This document shows positions 51,892-64,000 of a DNA stretch of 64,000 nt, one piece after another. The stretch covers positions 14,634,001 to 14,698,000 of the forward strand of contig CM097885.1 of assembly GCA_044892525.1 (NCBI GenBank), read 5' to 3'. Position 1 is the stretch's first letter, and each line of letters begins with the position of its first letter. The DNA comes from Schmidtea polychroa. Its lineage: Eukaryota. Made by a program: the position numbers and the translations under genes. Below the pieces are notes generated by a model. The model was given only the letters and a program-made list of their open reading frames with translations, did no database searches and was not told the origin of the DNA.

Positions 51892-53274
51892 TTAAGTAAT
51901 ATGAACTATTGACCACAAAAAATTAAGTACGATTCTCGAAATTCGTTGTTTTAAATTAGTGTAACGAATACGTCCTGGATTTATTTGACCAGTTAAATGC
52001 TGTAAATAATTTGTATGCTGCAATGATAACTCTTTGATCATATTATTAAGAAATTTCCAAATTGTTGGATGGGAACATTGGAAAAGAGATTGTATCCCAT
52101 AATGCCATCCTTCTATACAATTTGTAGTTCTTGCTACGCAGTTTGCTGCTGATTCCCTATGGTTCCAAGATACTATAGTAAATAATGGATCCTTGTAAAT
52201 TCCATTTCTTAGCTGCCTACCTCGAATATATGTAAGCTCAAAATAGGTGAGTATTTGATCAACTTGTTCACTAAATTCATTATATTCGACGAATAGTTCA
52301 GAAACTTCTAAAAATGCCTCCACGACGTCTTCGACTGGCAGTAAAGCTAGAGATGCTAACATTTTGATATGTATTGCAAAAGAAGGATTAGATTCATATA
52401 ACGATTTAAGACCACACTCATTTACTTTTCGCTGAATAGATTGAGATAAATGAAAGAAACATCCGCCAGTTTCTATATTTTCAAATACACTGCGAAAAGC
52501 TTTCATTGCCGCAGTTTCAAAATCTGTTAATATTTTTCTTGGCCGTGCCTGGGGAATTATTTCCAGCAACATATTTAACATTTTGACATAAATTCTTTCT
52601 TCTTTTCCTGGCAGAAGAGCTAGTAGACAAGGAAAAGCGACACCTGATTCATATTGAACATGAATGCTATAAAGTTGATAATATATTTCTGGTACAACTT
52701 TAAATGTGCCATCTGCTAGCCAAAGATCATTGACTACAAGTAACTCTAGAAGTGTTCTGTGACCTAGTAATATTATGCGTTCTGGGTCATCTACTCCGGA
52801 ATCATGAATAACCCAGCTTGCATATATCTCTGGTATTTCAAAATTTTTATTATTTGGAATCGCAGGAACATTCCTGAGTTTCTTAGCTTTTGACGCGTTT
52901 AAACGCCTTGTCAATGAGCTTTTCTTTGGTAGTCCAATTTTTAATCCATCCACTGCAGTCATTATATTGTCTGCTATGACTGATCGAGCAGTTGCACCTG
53001 GGTGAGACATTTTATCTTTCATCGCATTAGTCAGTTTGTGTGATTTTGCTTCAAACACTTTATTTTCATGAGAATGCTCCGAGGGCTCACGAATAATCTT
53101 GTCGTCTTTAGTGTGGAGCAAAGATCGACATTTTAAAGTTCTAAATTTTGAACATCGCCAGTGTGTAGTCTCTTTTATAGTTTGACGATGTTGAATAAAC
53201 TCAAATCCTTTATAAATAATGATTTTTCCACCTTTGTTGCTGATACTATACTCAAAGTTATCCATGGTGCGCAA
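51892..53274 (-). CDS. FLYWCH-MULE transposase, ~460 aa
   Basis: HWRCSK..C...HSH, WLADGTFKVVP, TDFETAAM, GCFFHLSQ and RTTNCIEGWH motifs. Confidence 0.93.
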   Translation of the reverse strand: MRTMDNFEYSISNKGGKIIIYKGFEFIQHRQTIKETTHWRCSKFRTLKCRSLLHTKDDKIIREPSEHSHENKVFEAKSHKLTNAMKDKMSHPGATARSVIADNIMTAVDGLKIGLPKKSSLTRRLNASKAKKLRNVPAIPNNKNFEIPEIYASWVIHDSGVDDPERIILLGHRTLLELLVVNDLWLADGTFKVVPEIYYQLYSIHVQYESGVAFPCLLALLPGKEERIYVKMLNMLLEIIPQARPRKILTDFETAAMKAFRSVFENIETGGCFFHLSQSIQRKVNECGLKSLYESNPSFAIHIKMLASLALLPVEDVVEAFLEVSELFVEYNEFSEQVDQILTYFELTYIRGRQLRNGIYKDPLFTIVSWNHRESAANCVARTTNCIEGWHYGIQSLFQCSHPTIWKFLNNMIKELSLQHTNYLQHLTGQINPGRIRYTNLKQRISRIVLNFLWSIVHIT

Positions 53275-53473
53275 TGAAGAAAATTTGATGAATAAAATAT
53301 CAATATAAGCAATAGACTAATAGAATTTAGTTTTATAGATTTTGTGTATATAATTGTAAAAATAATATTAAAAGAGAGAAATAATGATATTAATTTATTT
53401 AATAAGTTTCTAAAAATTTAATACTTAACTTTTACTAATTTTTTTAAAACTTTTTATAAAAAATTTTCTACTA

Positions 53474-54125
53474 CCCTAAGTTCTTGTCTATAAGCCGCGG
53501 CTTATCTAAAAAAAAATCAACCCGACATTCATAAAAACAGTATCGGCTTATACATAAGTACGGCTTATACACAAAATATATTAAATGAAAAGGTTATGCA
53601 TTTTTAAAAAAATATTTGCCCACTAATAATTTTCCTTTTAATTTAAATTCTCGATTAATCAAAGCCATCAAATTCTTCTCCTGATTCAGTATTGAAAAAC
53701 TCAAGAATATCATTATAAGATGCTGGAATTTCTGATTCAATTTCGCTCTCGGATTCTTCTTCAAATTCTTCTTCGCTACAAGTGACCCTTATTGCCTCTT
53801 CATTTGAATATTCACAGATATTCGCAGCCTTAAATCCATTTTTAATGCAATCCACCGTTATTTCATCCCAGCATTCGTCGAACCAGTCTGCTACCATATG
53901 AGAGCCATTTCCTATTATGCGGTTTTGTAGACTATCTTGCTGTAAAAGATCAACGGGATGCCATTACGCACGTTGAGGTCCAATAAATATGCGCGAAATT
54001 ACTTAAAAACTTTACGGCTTATCCATGAGTCCGGCTTATCTAAGATAAAAAAAAATTTTTTTAATATATGTGATTTAGAGAAACCGGTTTATGCACGAGT
54101 CCGGCTTATAGGCAAGAACTTAGGG
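53474..54125 (-). mobile_element. pogo/Tc1-mariner deletion derivative nested in the MULE
   Basis: TA flanks; TIRs CCCTAAGTTCTTGTCTATAAGCCG and CGGCTTATAGGCAAGAACTTAGGG; ORF remnant WFDECWDEITVDCIKNGFK resembles a pogo C-terminus. Confidence 0.85.
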
Positions 54126-57100
54126 TAATTTTTTTTCGTCTCAGTGTAATTTCATCCTGTGTAATTTCGTCTCAGTGTAATTTCATCCTGTGTAATTTCG
54201 TCTCAGTGTAATTTCATCCCGTGTAATTTCGTCTTGTGTAATTTCGTCCTGTGTAATTTCGTCTCAGTGTAATTTCATCCCGTGTAATTTCGTCTTGTGT
54301 AATTTCGTCCTGACACCTATCAAAGGGTTACATGACAAAATTACACAAGACGAAATTTTTCATGTGGCCGTTATTAGAGCGTTGCGGATACGAGGATGAG
54401 CGGATACGAGAGACCACGCTGTATATATATGTATATACCTTTTTTGGGTGTCCAATGCTGAAATTTTATTTTTTAGTGGTTATTTATGTTATTATAAAAA
54501 TCGATACTTTAAAAAATTAGATATTGATAATATTTGATCTGCAATAAATTAATTTTGACATTCAAAAATTAATTTAGAAATGGTTGGTTGTAATAAAACC
54601 TAAATTTTCTTCATTTATTTAATATTATCTTTTGAAACATAATCTAATATATTTGTGGTTTTATTCATTCTATTTTCATCAAGAAAATTCCTAACCTTGT
54701 AAATTAGTGTCAATATAAAAACATATTTTATCTATAACTCGGTTTATTAATTCTATATTTTGATTTTCTATTGTTGTTACCTTTGCCAATAATCGAGACA
54801 AAATCTCGATAACAATGGGGGGTGCCTCAATTTGGTGTCAAGATTCTATGTATTAAATAAGTCAAACGAATTTGTTGCACATGCAACAACGAATTTTAAC
54901 ATTTCTGTTAAAATGACATACTTCTTGGGAATGATCGATGTTGTAACCAATCGCTGGAATTGACCCTTGACAAATCAAGCATTTGACGCACCCGTGTGCC
55001 CTCTTTGATATCTGCAAATAACATTTGAATCTTGTTGTAACATTATCAAGTTTACTGCTTAATGGAAGTTCTAAATGTGAAGATAATTGTCTCTGTGATT
55101 TTGTATGTGATTTTGCAAAAAATATAAGATCTTTCTTTTGTTTGAATAGTTAATCCTTTTCTTTTGTTCGTTTGATGTTTCTTATCAAAATCTCGATTCA
55201 TTATAAATATGTGTAAATTTTAAAAATTAATGAATATAAACAATAATAAAAATTAAATTTTAATGTCCACTATTGAAAAATTTCGACGACCTAGCAAGAT
55301 ACCGAAAGTTTCATACGTCAAGATTGAACCTACGGCCTGAACTGTGATGGATTTATTTTGCCTATCCTTACATTTGACTCGCTTGCAATCGACTTCAAGT
55401 GGTCTCGCTAAGTTCCTGAAGTTGCGATCGGTTAACGACATAAATCTAAGCAGTACTACTAACAAATCCTCTATTTATTATATTCTTATCGTCTGAATTT
55501 GGCGGTTATGAAAAGAATATTTTATTTTGGTTAAGCTCATATTATAGTGGATGAATCTACTATCTCATGCTCGTATCCTCGATCCAACTGCTGCCTCGGT
55601 TTGCCACTTTATTAACAATCTCGTTCCACTTTCTTCAACTCGTTACTATCGGAATTTTATAATGCTCATCGGATTCCTTTTATAAACCTACCCAATGATG
55701 TGACAGACTGCCAGGCCATCCCCTGGCCAATGGTTCACGAACGACCGTTTAATCTGGTCTCATCCATAAAATACGCAAATGATAAAATATGATTAGATTT
55801 CGAATAAAATATGCAGTTGTGGTTATGTCATAGTACATTTCATAAAATGATTATTATTACTTCCGATATCATATTTACACAAAGATTTATATTTAAATTA
55901 ACTATTAATTTCAAACATTCTTTACTAGGTGAAGAACAGAAAGAAACATGTACCGAAATTTTTAATTGATTACATTATTACTCCCGAAGTATGATACAAT
56001 TTTAAAATTCATAATACCAATTACAACATCATAATAATAAAATTAAAAATTACGTTTTGTCCTTGTACAAAAATCGGTTTCAAAGAATCAAAACAATAAA
56101 TACTTCATATAAAAAATTAATTCGGATGGAGGGTACCCTTAGCTTTTTTGGTGAGCTTCCGGCCGGGCGTTTATTTTGTGGTTAGTTAAATAAAAACTAA
56201 CCCCTGGTTATTTTTTATTTTCTAATAAATATATTTTTAGACCTACAATTATTTTATCTTAGCTAAAGTGAAAAAAAATATATATATATGTATATACTAT
56301 CGTTTTTGTCCAATCAGGATCAAGCAGGTTTGTAGCTTGTATTTTTTTATAATTTTATTATTATTTTAATGTTATCCTTTAACTTATTTTGTCTTAATTC
56401 TCTTAAATTATTAATTAATTTTTTCATGCTTCATACTGGCGGCCATATTGTTTTATTTTATTCTAAAAAAGGTTTTATTTTCATTATTTCCATTTAATTT
56501 AATTCAATTTATATTTTGTTATTATTTTATATTTCGTTTTCTTTTTTTTCCCCTAAACTTATTCTATTTTAATTAATTTTTTTTATCTGCCGTCATTTTT
56601 TGGTCCATCACTTTTACGTTATTTTCCTATTTTTTATTTATTGTTATTTTCTTAATATTTTAATTTACTTTTCTTGGTTGATTTTCTCGTTACTTTCTCT
56701 AATATAACAAACAAAAAAAATAGGTGCTATGCCTATTAAAATAAATTATAGGAACTTTTATTGTTCCTGGCCCAACAATTTGTTCGTTAATAATGCTTGA
56801 AAATATTGATAAATTACAATTTTATTAATAATTTTAATTGATTATTTAATGAAAAAAATTACTATAATTAAAAAATTACCATTACAAATTATAACCAATT
56901 TAATAATATCGTTAAAAATTAATTTGTACTTTTTTTGACCTGCGTATAAAAATTAAAAATTTGACTTAAATTTATAAGCCATCTATAGTAACACTCGTGA
57001 ATCCTAACGAGAAATAGGATGAATCATATTTCCTTGTTCCCTGTTTATTTTAGTTTTACTGCCTTTACTTATATCATCATCCGTATATTCATTATTTGTC

Positions 57101-57178
57101 TATATGTCTAAAAATATTATTATTCAATTAATATTCTTAAAAATAAGATTTAAAAAACATTTTTAATGACTTAATTAT

Positions 57179-57411
57179 TGGTGGGTTACAGGTACTGCAA
57201 AATCTCTACCTCCTCATACTGTTTCCAGCGTAACCCAGAATACAATTTATAGCTGACCACTTGATACCCGTTGAGCATTCAACGTTGGTACTGTATCAAG
57301 GGTTTGGGCACTAGCAAAAAGTGAGCATGCTTAACATACTATAATTGTTTAGTACCCACTGGGGTTCACGGACTGCCGATAGAAGGCCTATGTCCGATTT
57401 CTTTAGGTCCC
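57179..57411 (-). ncRNA. Putative structured RNA, copy 2
   Basis: Same helices as 22276-22501, with compensatory changes. Confidence 0.65.
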
Positions 57412-57578
57412 CGTTACGACAATTAATGTTATGGAAAAATCAAAATGCCCAGATATGGATGTACCAGTAACGATTTATTCGGAAAACACAATCAGAACTT
57501 ATAGTGTCTTGGTCGATTCTTTCGGAGTAGGCTCTGACACAGCAGAATGAAGTGTTAATTGGGCCTGGCTGGCTTGTC

Positions 57579-57958
57579 TTATTCTCGCCGTGCCGCTTTA
57601 CCCGGCCGGATCTTCTTCCTCGGGATTATCGGTGGTGCGTACTCCTTTGGTTTGTGGAGCAACTCACTCATGGGCCGGACCTTGGAGATGACTTCTCGAT
57701 CAAGATCCTGTTGGTGTACCTTGATCTCCAGCTCTTTCACCCTCAGGTGGAGGGCTCGCAACTCAACCTGATCCTGTACACTCTGGAGTTGCAGTTGAGC
57801 GATCAGCTTCATTCGTTTTTTCATTTCTGCTGGCGGGAACTAGGTACATTCGAAATTCCGGCAATGGGCCTTGATTCGTGCTAGCTTGGCCCGGTATTTC
57901 TCTGCCTGCTGTTGCTCCCGCTCTCTATCTGCCCGCATCTCTTCTAGGAGCTTTAACA
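57579..57958 (-). pseudogene. Coiled-coil protein exon, copy 2 (one in-frame TAG)
   Basis: ttttag acceptor at the homologous position; LKLLEEMRADRE..CRNFECT*FPPAEMKKR..ELRALHLRVKELE. Confidence 0.65.
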
Positions 57959-58570
57959 CTAAAACAAAGATAACATCAATATCTTTCCGCGCTATCGTCA
58001 ATGTATTCTTACCCTATAACAACCCCTATCGCTAAATGAGCCACCATCTTCACGTCGCAACCCCGCATTTATGTGCATCTAAACCCCGCTCTAACCCTAG
58101 GAGTCTCTTCTAAGTCTTACGGTGTTGGTAGGGATAGTCTCGAGATATCAGGAAATGTAGGAATACAAACACTTAGATGTATAGTGGACCAAACTACATG
58201 AGGAAAACTATAATTGGAGTATGAATAATAGCTGCCTAATAACACCATACATGCATAATTGATGGGTATGCTAGTTAACTTTAATTACAAAAATAAAGAA
58301 AATACCAACAATTAGATTGATATACCAGATATGCTCTACATTAAAAAGGACGTCTATCACGTTAGACAATAATAATACTGTACACCTTTAGTAATCGAAA
58401 TCGATACATGCAAATCAGAATGTTTATTAAATCAAGTCCTGGTCATTTATTATAATTTAAATGTGAATTTGCCAAGGCACGACGCACAGTGCTGACCTTT
58501 GGTCCGGCTATCGCTTCAACTGAGCTGGATGGATCTTCCGTGGACGACCGCGCTTTCGCGGCTGGTCCGG

Positions 58571-59038
58571 CTATCGCTTCAACTGAGCTGGATGGATCTT
58601 CCGTGGACGACCGCGCTTTCGCGGCTGGTCCGGCCCTCGCGGAAGACTTCTCTGGCATTCCAACCCACGGCGAAGGGCTGCGGTCCGCTTAGGATGGCAC
58701 TGGGCTCGGGCGTAACCGTCGATGTCCTCGAGCTCGCCGGCTAGGATGGCTACTTCGAGCCGGTGCAACCGGTCCACCGCCTCCTTCGCATCGTCGAATG
58801 CGTCGATCAAAGCCAACGAGGTGTAGTTAATATAGGGTTCCGCCTTCGGGATCACTGGAATTATGTTCTGGTAGGTCCAATTATGGATCTTGTACCAGAT
58901 CCATCTAGACCTTAGCCGGGCGATTTCTGCGTCCTCCCTCAATCGGACGGCTTCGTCTGCCTCCTCGTGGGTCATTCCGAGGCTCGAGTTGGTTGACGAG
59001 TGACCCCTCTGTACATTCCTTGGTTCAGTGTTGGACAT
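58571..59038 (-). CDS. AT-hook small protein, copy 2
   Basis: Open frame MSNTEPRN..RLRSRWIWYKIHNW..PRKRGRPRK; GC-rich compared with its flanks. Confidence 0.65.
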   Translation of the reverse strand: MSNTEPRNVQRGHSSTNSSLGMTHEEADEAVRLREDAEIARLRSRWIWYKIHNWTYQNIIPVIPKAEPYINYTSLALIDAFDDAKEAVDRLHRLEVAILAGELEDIDGYARAQCHPKRTAALRRGLECQRSLPRGPDQPRKRGRPRKIHPAQLKR

Positions 59039-59599
59039 GTCTGTAATGATGAGATAAAATATCAAAATATTTCCAAGTGCGCCTGGAACAATGTATTAGT
59101 CGTGATTTTTACCATTAATTCGGTTGGATGTTCAGGTTTTCCTTTATTATGTATTGCGATGTGTCAGTTAAAGTGAGTCGAATCTTCGTTAAAAATAATG
59201 CCAATGTGAGTAGTAATAATAATGATAATAATAATAAGGGGAATAATCTTAACAATAGACATAGGATGATGGTAATGATAATATTAATAATCATTATAAT
59301 ACTAATGGCTAAAGAAATGGTCGTATTCGTAGATTTATATTTTTATCAGATGACCGTATACACGGTTTGGGAATTCATCTATGAAAAATTATGAAGTTTT
59401 ATCCGTAAAATGAAATTTAATATAATCTAATTTGGTATACTCAAGAAATGATTAACGGTTACGTGATTTGAGGGGGGAGGAGGGGTCATTCATCGAAATA
59501 TAACCCAAGTAGAATGGGTAGTATGACAAGTTGATGATAATATAAACATAATGATGATAATGATAGTACTATTAAAAGAAAATATCTTTATCGTTACGA

Positions 59600-59880
59600 A
59601 GAACAGTTTTTGGATCTGAAATCGATTGATTGTTGAGAAAAAGGAAATCTTTCTCGACTTTAATGATACATTAAATTATTGTTCGTATTTTGGATCGATT
59701 TATTGGTAAGTGGAAATTTTCTTGATGTTTTGTACTACATTAAATTGTTGATCAATTTTGGATCGATTAATTGGTAAGAAAATTTTTCTTGATGTTTATA
59801 CTACATTAAATTGTTGTTCAATTTTGGATCGATTAATTTGTAAGAAAATTTTTCTTGATTCTAATAACATATTAACTTAT
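59600..59880. repeat. ~63-bp imperfect tandem repeat (about 4 units)
   Basis: Repeated ttttggatcgattaattggtaagaaaatttttcttgatg..tacattaaattgttg. Confidence 0.8.
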
Positions 59881-62800
59881 TGTTTAAGTAGGTGAAGAAA
59901 ATTAGCCAATCCTTCTGCGACAAGCATACTAAATTTTGAAGATTGTTCCCTCACGTATGGATTTTATTGATTATTGTTTGATGTAATTCTAATGGTAGTT
60001 TTCAATTTCAGTTTTCAATTTTAGTGATCAATTTGGTTTTACATTTCTGTCAAGTTCACTATTGGATCTAATTCAACGAAGATCGTCCGGGACTCATTCA
60101 ACAATCAGATCTCCTAAATGTACATTTAGAGCTGGAAATGATGGAGATTATATCTTTCAAGGTTCCATGGAAATATAATCCTTTAGGAGATTTTCTACCA
60201 TTTGCAATGTATGTTCAGGTGTATTTGACTATTTACTCTTTGCTATTCACTCTGGATGTTTGACTTCTCTTAAGTGATGCAAATTATCGAATTGGCAATA
60301 ACCTATGCAATCACATAATTTCATGCAGTTCGAAGTTGGCATTAATTTTAATTAATTTGTTTTTCCTTAATAACTTTTTCTATGATCACCCTATTACATT
60401 TTTATTATGCTTTCTAACCTCGTCTAACAATTTGGCATTCAACCATACCCGATATTGATTTTTAATTTTCATTAAATTTTAATTAATTTTGTACTTATAT
60501 TGATTTTACCAATTTTTGTTCTGCTTTCTGGTACCATGTGAAATTTATTTTGTTTTTGCTCTAACCCCAACAATATCATAATGGTATTTTGTAGTCAAGG
60601 TATATATATAGATTTGTAATTTACCTTATCAAAGTTGGGCAAGTATCCTCTTCGGATTACCCTTAAATAGACAAAAATCCAGCTATTTTCGGGAATAAAT
60701 TTCATCGTATAATTCATAAAAAAATATTTTTAATACAATTATGTTTGTTATCTAGGTAAATAATTTCTAATTGATTTTTGTTCACCATCCAACGGGATTA
60801 GTAAATTTTAACGACATAAAGATAAATGATTTTACGAAAAGCTTTTAGTTCACTACCGAACGGAAGTTGGTACTATTATAAGATATATATATATATATAA
60901 AGATAAATAATTTTACAAAATGATTTTCGGTCACCATCGAACGGGAATTAGATTACATTTGTAATAATCATGATTAGATTGCTAGAGTTTATGAATTAAG
61001 ATTGAGTATTAATTGTAGTAATTTGTCTAATTAGCCGACTACTTGAGAATCTTGGTAATAATTTGAGTCTGGGACATTTTCCATTTAGATTTTCCTACTG
61101 ATGTGTCTCCTATAAGATAGTTGAATGTTTATTTTAGGTATGTCATTTACCGAAAAGTCGAATTAATTAAAATTTTCCTATTTTCCCGACTCAACTGAAT
61201 ACGATAGGCCTTATTGTAATATGTTTCCGCGATAACTATCCCAAAATTTATTTCGTCCGCATAGTCCCTGTGACTATGTCAACTACCGGGATGGATTTAC
61301 CCGCCCTACTCATGGTTAGACACCATTTGTTCGTGGCGACCTCCGGTTAAAATTGAAATTTTAATGCATGTAGGGTCGTAGGCCCGAATTTATGCATGTA
61401 GACGATTAGTTAGAAACAAGGCTGATCAACGTCGTGACTACAACCCGTCCACGACGACGCCGGTCACTCTTGTTCCGTAATAGTAGAACTAAATGTGATA
61501 AAAAGACAACAAAAAAATTTTTTAATCAATATAATGAACCATAATAACAAATTAACAGTTATACAATCAAAGTCCTTACTTTCAGTATCGTTTGGATCTT
61601 CTGAAAAAATTTTTGGCATACAAAAAAGATTAAATTGTGACTAAAATGCGTCGGTATATATACCTATTTTTGTGTGTGCAAGTACACGTGTATGTATTGA
61701 TGCATTAAAACAAACTCGAATTCTTTTTATTCTAGAATTTTCTATTTTTGATATTTTTAATGGCGATTTTTTTGTCATAATTTTTATTTTTAAATTTCCA
61801 TTTTCTAAATATTTTTTGCTAATTTTACCTCCATGATGGATTTGGAACGGTTCCAGAACATTCCATATTACTTTTAATTTTTATTTTTATTGATATTTTC
61901 TGAATTTCTTTTTAAGAATTTTTTATTTTTATTACTAATTTATTTATTTTGATGGCTTTTATTGTTTTATGTGGCTTTCATGATGGTTATCGCCATTTTT
62001 ATGGAATGTTCTGGGTTTTTCTAGAATTTTTACTGTTTTTACTGTCTTTAAATTATTCGAGTTTGTTTTTTGTAACTCTATGTTTCTTTGCTATTTTTGA
62101 GTTAAATTTTTGCACAACTTGCATTTGTCTTATTTTATTTACTTTCTGGGTTTATATTTTTTGTTGTTTTCCTTCTTAATTAATACTGTTTACTTGGTGT
62201 ATTTTCTAATATTTACTGTGCTTTTTCCAGTCACAAGTTAGTTTTGGGTTTAGAAATCAGTTCTAGCCCAACATTATATATAAATTATTTAAATTAAAAT
62301 TTGATTCGCTAATATTTAAATCAAAATCGAAATAAATGTATAAATGATGTTTCGAACAAATAATAAATTAAAACTTGATATAATCATATTTTCATTATAA
62401 TAAATTTTGAAGTTGCCACTTGTAATAATTCTCCGCGGATCCGTTTTGAAAACGATATTCGCTATTAATTGAACTGATTTAGCAATGGATCGGAATTTTT
62501 TAGCTTCTAACAATATTTCTTGGTAACGCATTTTTCTGTAAATTGCGTTTTTGTATGTTAAAGAAATCTTTTTTTTGCTTTGTAAATTAATTAATTATAA
62601 ATTGATAGTTTTAATATAGATTATTTAATATAATGTTAGTAAATATAGATATTGATGAAATTTTTACTTAATTTCGTATCAAATGAATAAAATAAAAACA
62701 CACACACATATATATATATTTAATTAGGGAATTAAAATTGGAATTTTCGAGGAAAAACTTTTTCTCCCAATTTAGAAATCCCTTACTTATACGATGTATC

Positions 62801-62993
62801 TACAATTTATATTACATGTGACTTCAAAATCTCACTAGGAATGTTAGGGAATTTTTTTATATTTGACATCCGACTTGACCTACTTAATTTTAAAATGAGT
62901 TGACCTATTTATTTTTATTTTCAATTGACCTATTTTCGTCCAGGGGGTGGCCTTTATTTAATGGGCTAATCTAATATCTCTGATTATTTTTAA

Positions 62994-63226
62994 CCCTTTC
63001 GCTGCGGATTGCTTCTTGAAATTCTTGAAGTATTTGTTTCACCAAATTGTTTTGGAATTCTTTTATAGGTTGTTTCGTTTTGTTTAGGTAATTATATAAT
63101 ATAGATGAATTTAAAATTGCTAAATCAAAGCAAACTATTTTGAAACAATATGCGAATATACTCGTTTTGAGCGTATGTGGCACGGTTTTTTTTTTGCGAT
63201 AATATACGTGCGGAGCAGCGAACGGG
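62994..63226 (-). mobile_element. piggyBac deletion derivative
   Basis: TTAA flanks; TIRs CCCTTTCGCTGC and GCAGCGAACGGG; internal FDLAILNSSILY resembles a piggyBac transposase C-terminal motif. Confidence 0.8.
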
Positions 63227-64000
63227 TTAATAAATCAAGGTTTATGCTCATATAATTTGTTCCGGTACTAAATTTTACTGCTATTTTGTTTGGTGATAAT
63301 AAAATTAAGTTACAAGGACACATAATTCATCCTAAGGTATTTTTAGGATCTTCAATAATTACTATTTTTCTTTCATAAATATAGTTAAAACTAAATCTGG
63401 AAAAAGCATTGCAATTTTAGTATGATAATAAAATAAAACACGTTTAGACATACAAATAAACATAAGCAAAATTAAAATGATAGTTGTTATTAATAAAGTT
63501 CTATCGTAAACTGAAATCTGAAAGCAAAAATTTTCAATATCCTTAGAATGACTGAATTTTTTTTCATGTCTTACAACATCGAATTAATTACAACAATGAA
63601 AATTACTCCGGTGAGCTACGAATATTTTGTTTCTGATTTTTTATTATTTGAGTATATTTTCTCCACTTATCTGTATGTTTTAATTAGGTATGCTATTGGT
63701 TCTTTAGTTTTAAATGAACCCTCATTGATTATTTCTGTTAATTAGCTTGATAAATCTTATAGTTTTGATAATCTGACTATCAGCAATTTTTGTCATTATG
63801 AGCTTCTTCGTTTCTTTTTTGACCTTTGATATGATTTCATTATCGTATTTATTGATATTTTCTTTGGTTATGTCTGAGTTTTGAGTTTAAGGTTTGATAT
63901 TCTTCAATTTTCTTGTTTAACTTATAAATGACGATCATAAAATTTTACAAATATAATACAAAAATTTCTTACAAAAACTCATTTCAAAACATTTATAATT

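Larger units (their letters stand above)
51419..54317 (-). mobile_element. MULE transposon with 15-bp-repeat TIRs
   Basis: TIRs built from gacgaaattacacaa units (51419-51590 and 54135-54317). TSD tatcaaag at 51411-51418 and 54318-54325. Confidence 0.92.
57150..62273 (-). mobile_element. Unclassified element, copy 2
   Basis: Begins TGTTGGGCTAGAACTGATTTCT at 62273. 61630-62273 is the reverse complement homolog of 15325-16000, and the gene and RNA order is the same as in copy 1. Confidence 0.65.

Overview
This is very AT-rich eukaryotic DNA, probably from an invertebrate animal, with tiny GT-AG introns (21-67 nt) and many (TA)n and (TAA)n tracts. It is almost entirely a nest of mobile elements. 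The only recognisable host gene is the 5' part of nucleoporin NUP205 (about 5988-6843). The mobile content is: two FLYWCH-MULE transposons with long open ORFs plus one decayed MULE; several decayed hAT elements; Merlin, pogo and piggyBac remnants or MITEs; a young Gypsy element with 236-bp TAT...ATA LTRs whose RT core is deleted; and Polinton/Maverick debris (two pPolB relics, capsid C-terminus, adenain-like protease, motif-rich terminal repeats). The most unusual feature is two diverged copies (about 15.3-22.5 kb on +, about 57.1-62.3 kb on -) of an unclassified element. It starts TGTTGGGCT and carries a Pol II promoter, an AT-hook ORF, a coiled-coil ORF and a ~225-nt RNA-like block. That block has multiple compensatory base changes and ends in a 7-bp stem followed by ACCA. 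A second unusual feature is a Polinton-linked micro-exon gene, present twice, whose exons encode SIM-like acidic motifs. All alignments were done by eye, so boundaries are approximate unless a TSD or TIR is quoted.
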